DNA of 63,898 nucleotides, filler included, from Octopus bimaculoides (Eukaryota): assembly GCF_001194135.2 (NCBI RefSeq). It is 10 parts of 8 records of this genome, joined end to end, with 100 filler letters (N's around TTAATTAATTAA, not from the genome) between each part and the next. Parts side by side here need not be neighbours in the genome. Positions count along the whole stretch, not along the records: positions 62,497 to 63,898 come from NC_068985.1; 9 more parts are not named here. The stretch is one strand, 5' to 3'. Below the pieces are notes generated by a model, which was given only the letters and a program-made list of their open reading frames with translations, was not told the DNA's origin and did no database searches. Position 1 is the first letter of the stretch. Each line of letters opens with the position of its first letter. Both the position numbers and the translations under genes were made by a program. Positions 62,397 through 63,898 of the stretch are shown one piece after another.

Positions 62397-63369
62397 NNNN
62401 NNNNNNNNNNNNNNNNNNNNNNNNNNNNNNNNNNNNNNNNTTAATTAATTAANNNNNNNNNNNNNNNNNNNNNNNNNNNNNNNNNNNNNNNNNNNNAAAA
62501 AAAAATGAAAAAAGAAAAAAAAAAGGTAATGTAAAAGGAGAAAGGGCTCTATACCCCTTTCTTATTTGTTCTGACCAGGCTCCCGTGGTTTTATGGGTTT
62601 TTCCACGTGTAACCTTTCCTTTTTCGAAGCGCCTCCCCCTTTCGGAGTTCTACTTATTTATTTATCTATTTATTTAACTATTTATTTATTATATCTTTCT
62701 CCGTTTTCTTCCTCTGTTTAGACGAACTTTCCTACCTTTTCGGACAAAACCTTTTGTAACCTTCGTCCTGTCTTTGTCCTTATATGTTTTTAATTGATAT
62801 TAGCCCTTGCGGCCAATAAAATGAACGAATTATTATTATCATTATTATTTTTTTGCCACGTGCATTTCTGTTATTGCATATAACATATAAATAACTGTAA
62901 TATTGTAGAAATTAAAGTTGACTTTTTCTAGAGATATTCGTGTGCATGTACAGCTAGAGAAAACAGGTGTGTTTTTGCAATAAAACGGATGCTAACATTT
63001 TTGAACACTCATGGAGAAAGGAAAGAAAAGACAAGAGGAGTAAAATTTTCACAGAAAGTTTTAAGATTCACCAAAGATGGTCTTTTGTATGTCCACACAG
63101 AGAAAACTGTAATGTTTTTAGAATAAGAGGAAAAAATATAAAGGAGGTTTATATTTTCGAATACTCAGGGATAAGGAAAGGAGTGGTTGATATTAAAGTT
63201 TTTTTTTAAAGTTATGAAGGCTGATCGTATGTGTGTTTGAAAACTGTTATGTAAATTTGTAAATTTCTTAACTTATTTTTAAGGGAATTTTAAATACTCA
63301 CAAGATATTGTAGATATTCCAGTCTTTGAGAGTTATTTTTTTCCGTTGTCCTGCTCGGTCTATTATCAA

Positions 63370-63474
63370 GCTCTTAACCACTAACCCCAAGATTCCGAGT
63401 TCGATTCTAGGCAGTGAACTGAATAATAATAATAATAATAATAGTAATGATAATAATAATAATAATAATAATAA
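63370..63474 (+). mobile_element. SINE family F 3' part with (AAT)n tail
   Basis: CTAACCCCAAGATTCCGAGTTCGATTC...GCAGTGAACTG-AATAATAAT, homologous to 37845-37890. Confidence 0.65.
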
Positions 63475-63480
63475 TGTCAC

Positions 63481-63898
63481 AAGCGACAGAAAATAGCCTG
63501 GATAGACTATAAACAGGCCTTTGATAGCCTACTACATAGCTGGATTAGGAAATGTCTGGAAATGTATAAAATAACTCCTACTCTGCGAAACTTTTTATCT
63601 GTAAGTATGAGATCATGGAGAACCACACTGACGTTGAACAATGACAATGAATCTCTAAATGCTGGAGATGTAAGAATTTCATGTGGCATTTTCCAGGGTG
63701 TCTCACTATCACCACTCCTCTTCTGTCTAGCCCTAATACCGCTTTCAAAATTGCTCAATGATGCACAGTATGGTTATAAAATATTTGATAAAAATATAAA
63801 TCATCTCATTTACATGGATGATTTAAAGCTCTTTGCAAAAAATGACCAACAACTCAAAGGCCTAGTAGCGATTGTTAAACAATTCAGTGATGACATCA
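63481..63898 (+). mobile_element. R4/Dong-clade reverse transcriptase, 5'-truncated, frame open to the window end
   Basis: An uninterrupted frame from 63481 reads KRQKIAWIDYKQAFDSLLHSWIRKCLEMYKI...GIFQGVSLSPLLFCLALIPLSKLLN...HLIYMDDLKLFAKND. It contains the three core RT motifs and starts right after an AAT tract. Confidence 0.95.

Noticed and set aside
4719-62452. Recurrent TTAATTAATTAA as a biological motif or CRISPR-like repeat
   Set aside because: It is always centred in fixed-length N blocks and is a synthetic spacer.

Overview
This is repeat-dense animal nuclear DNA from a gappy short-read assembly. The SINE repertoire and microsatellite load look like an octopus/cephalopod genome, which is my recognition and not a database result. 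Nine artificial 100-bp joins (N44-TTAATTAATTAA-N44) split the window into pieces whose adjacency is not guaranteed. Nearly all ORFs in the supplied track are microsatellite or N-gap artefacts. The supportable content is as follows. (1) Decayed retroelements: R4/Dong-clade LINE pieces sitting in (AAT)n tracts (16.6-17.7 kb, 22.2 kb, and an open RT frame at 63.48 kb that the ORF track missed), an RTE endonuclease remnant, and three kinds of Penelope-like element (a nearly full-length Hydra-clade-type copy, an internally deleted Neptune-type copy, and a head-to-head GIY-YIG pair). (2) About six SINE families, three fold-back MITEs, a Helentron/HINE-like element and a mariner remnant. (3) Six hammerhead-ribozyme-like motifs in two architectures. 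(4) A phase-compatible chain of four candidate + strand exons (39.6-45.4 kb) of an unidentified gene, inside a visibly CpG-poor block. The most unusual observations are the hammerhead set (including U3-A8 and A6U core variants), a ~120-codon Ser/Thr/Asn insert splitting a GIY-YIG motif, a possible Dong-mobilised minimal tRNA SINE, and a ~550-bp near-perfect palindrome. I found no CRISPR array, rRNA, functional tRNA or clearly new multi-gene system.
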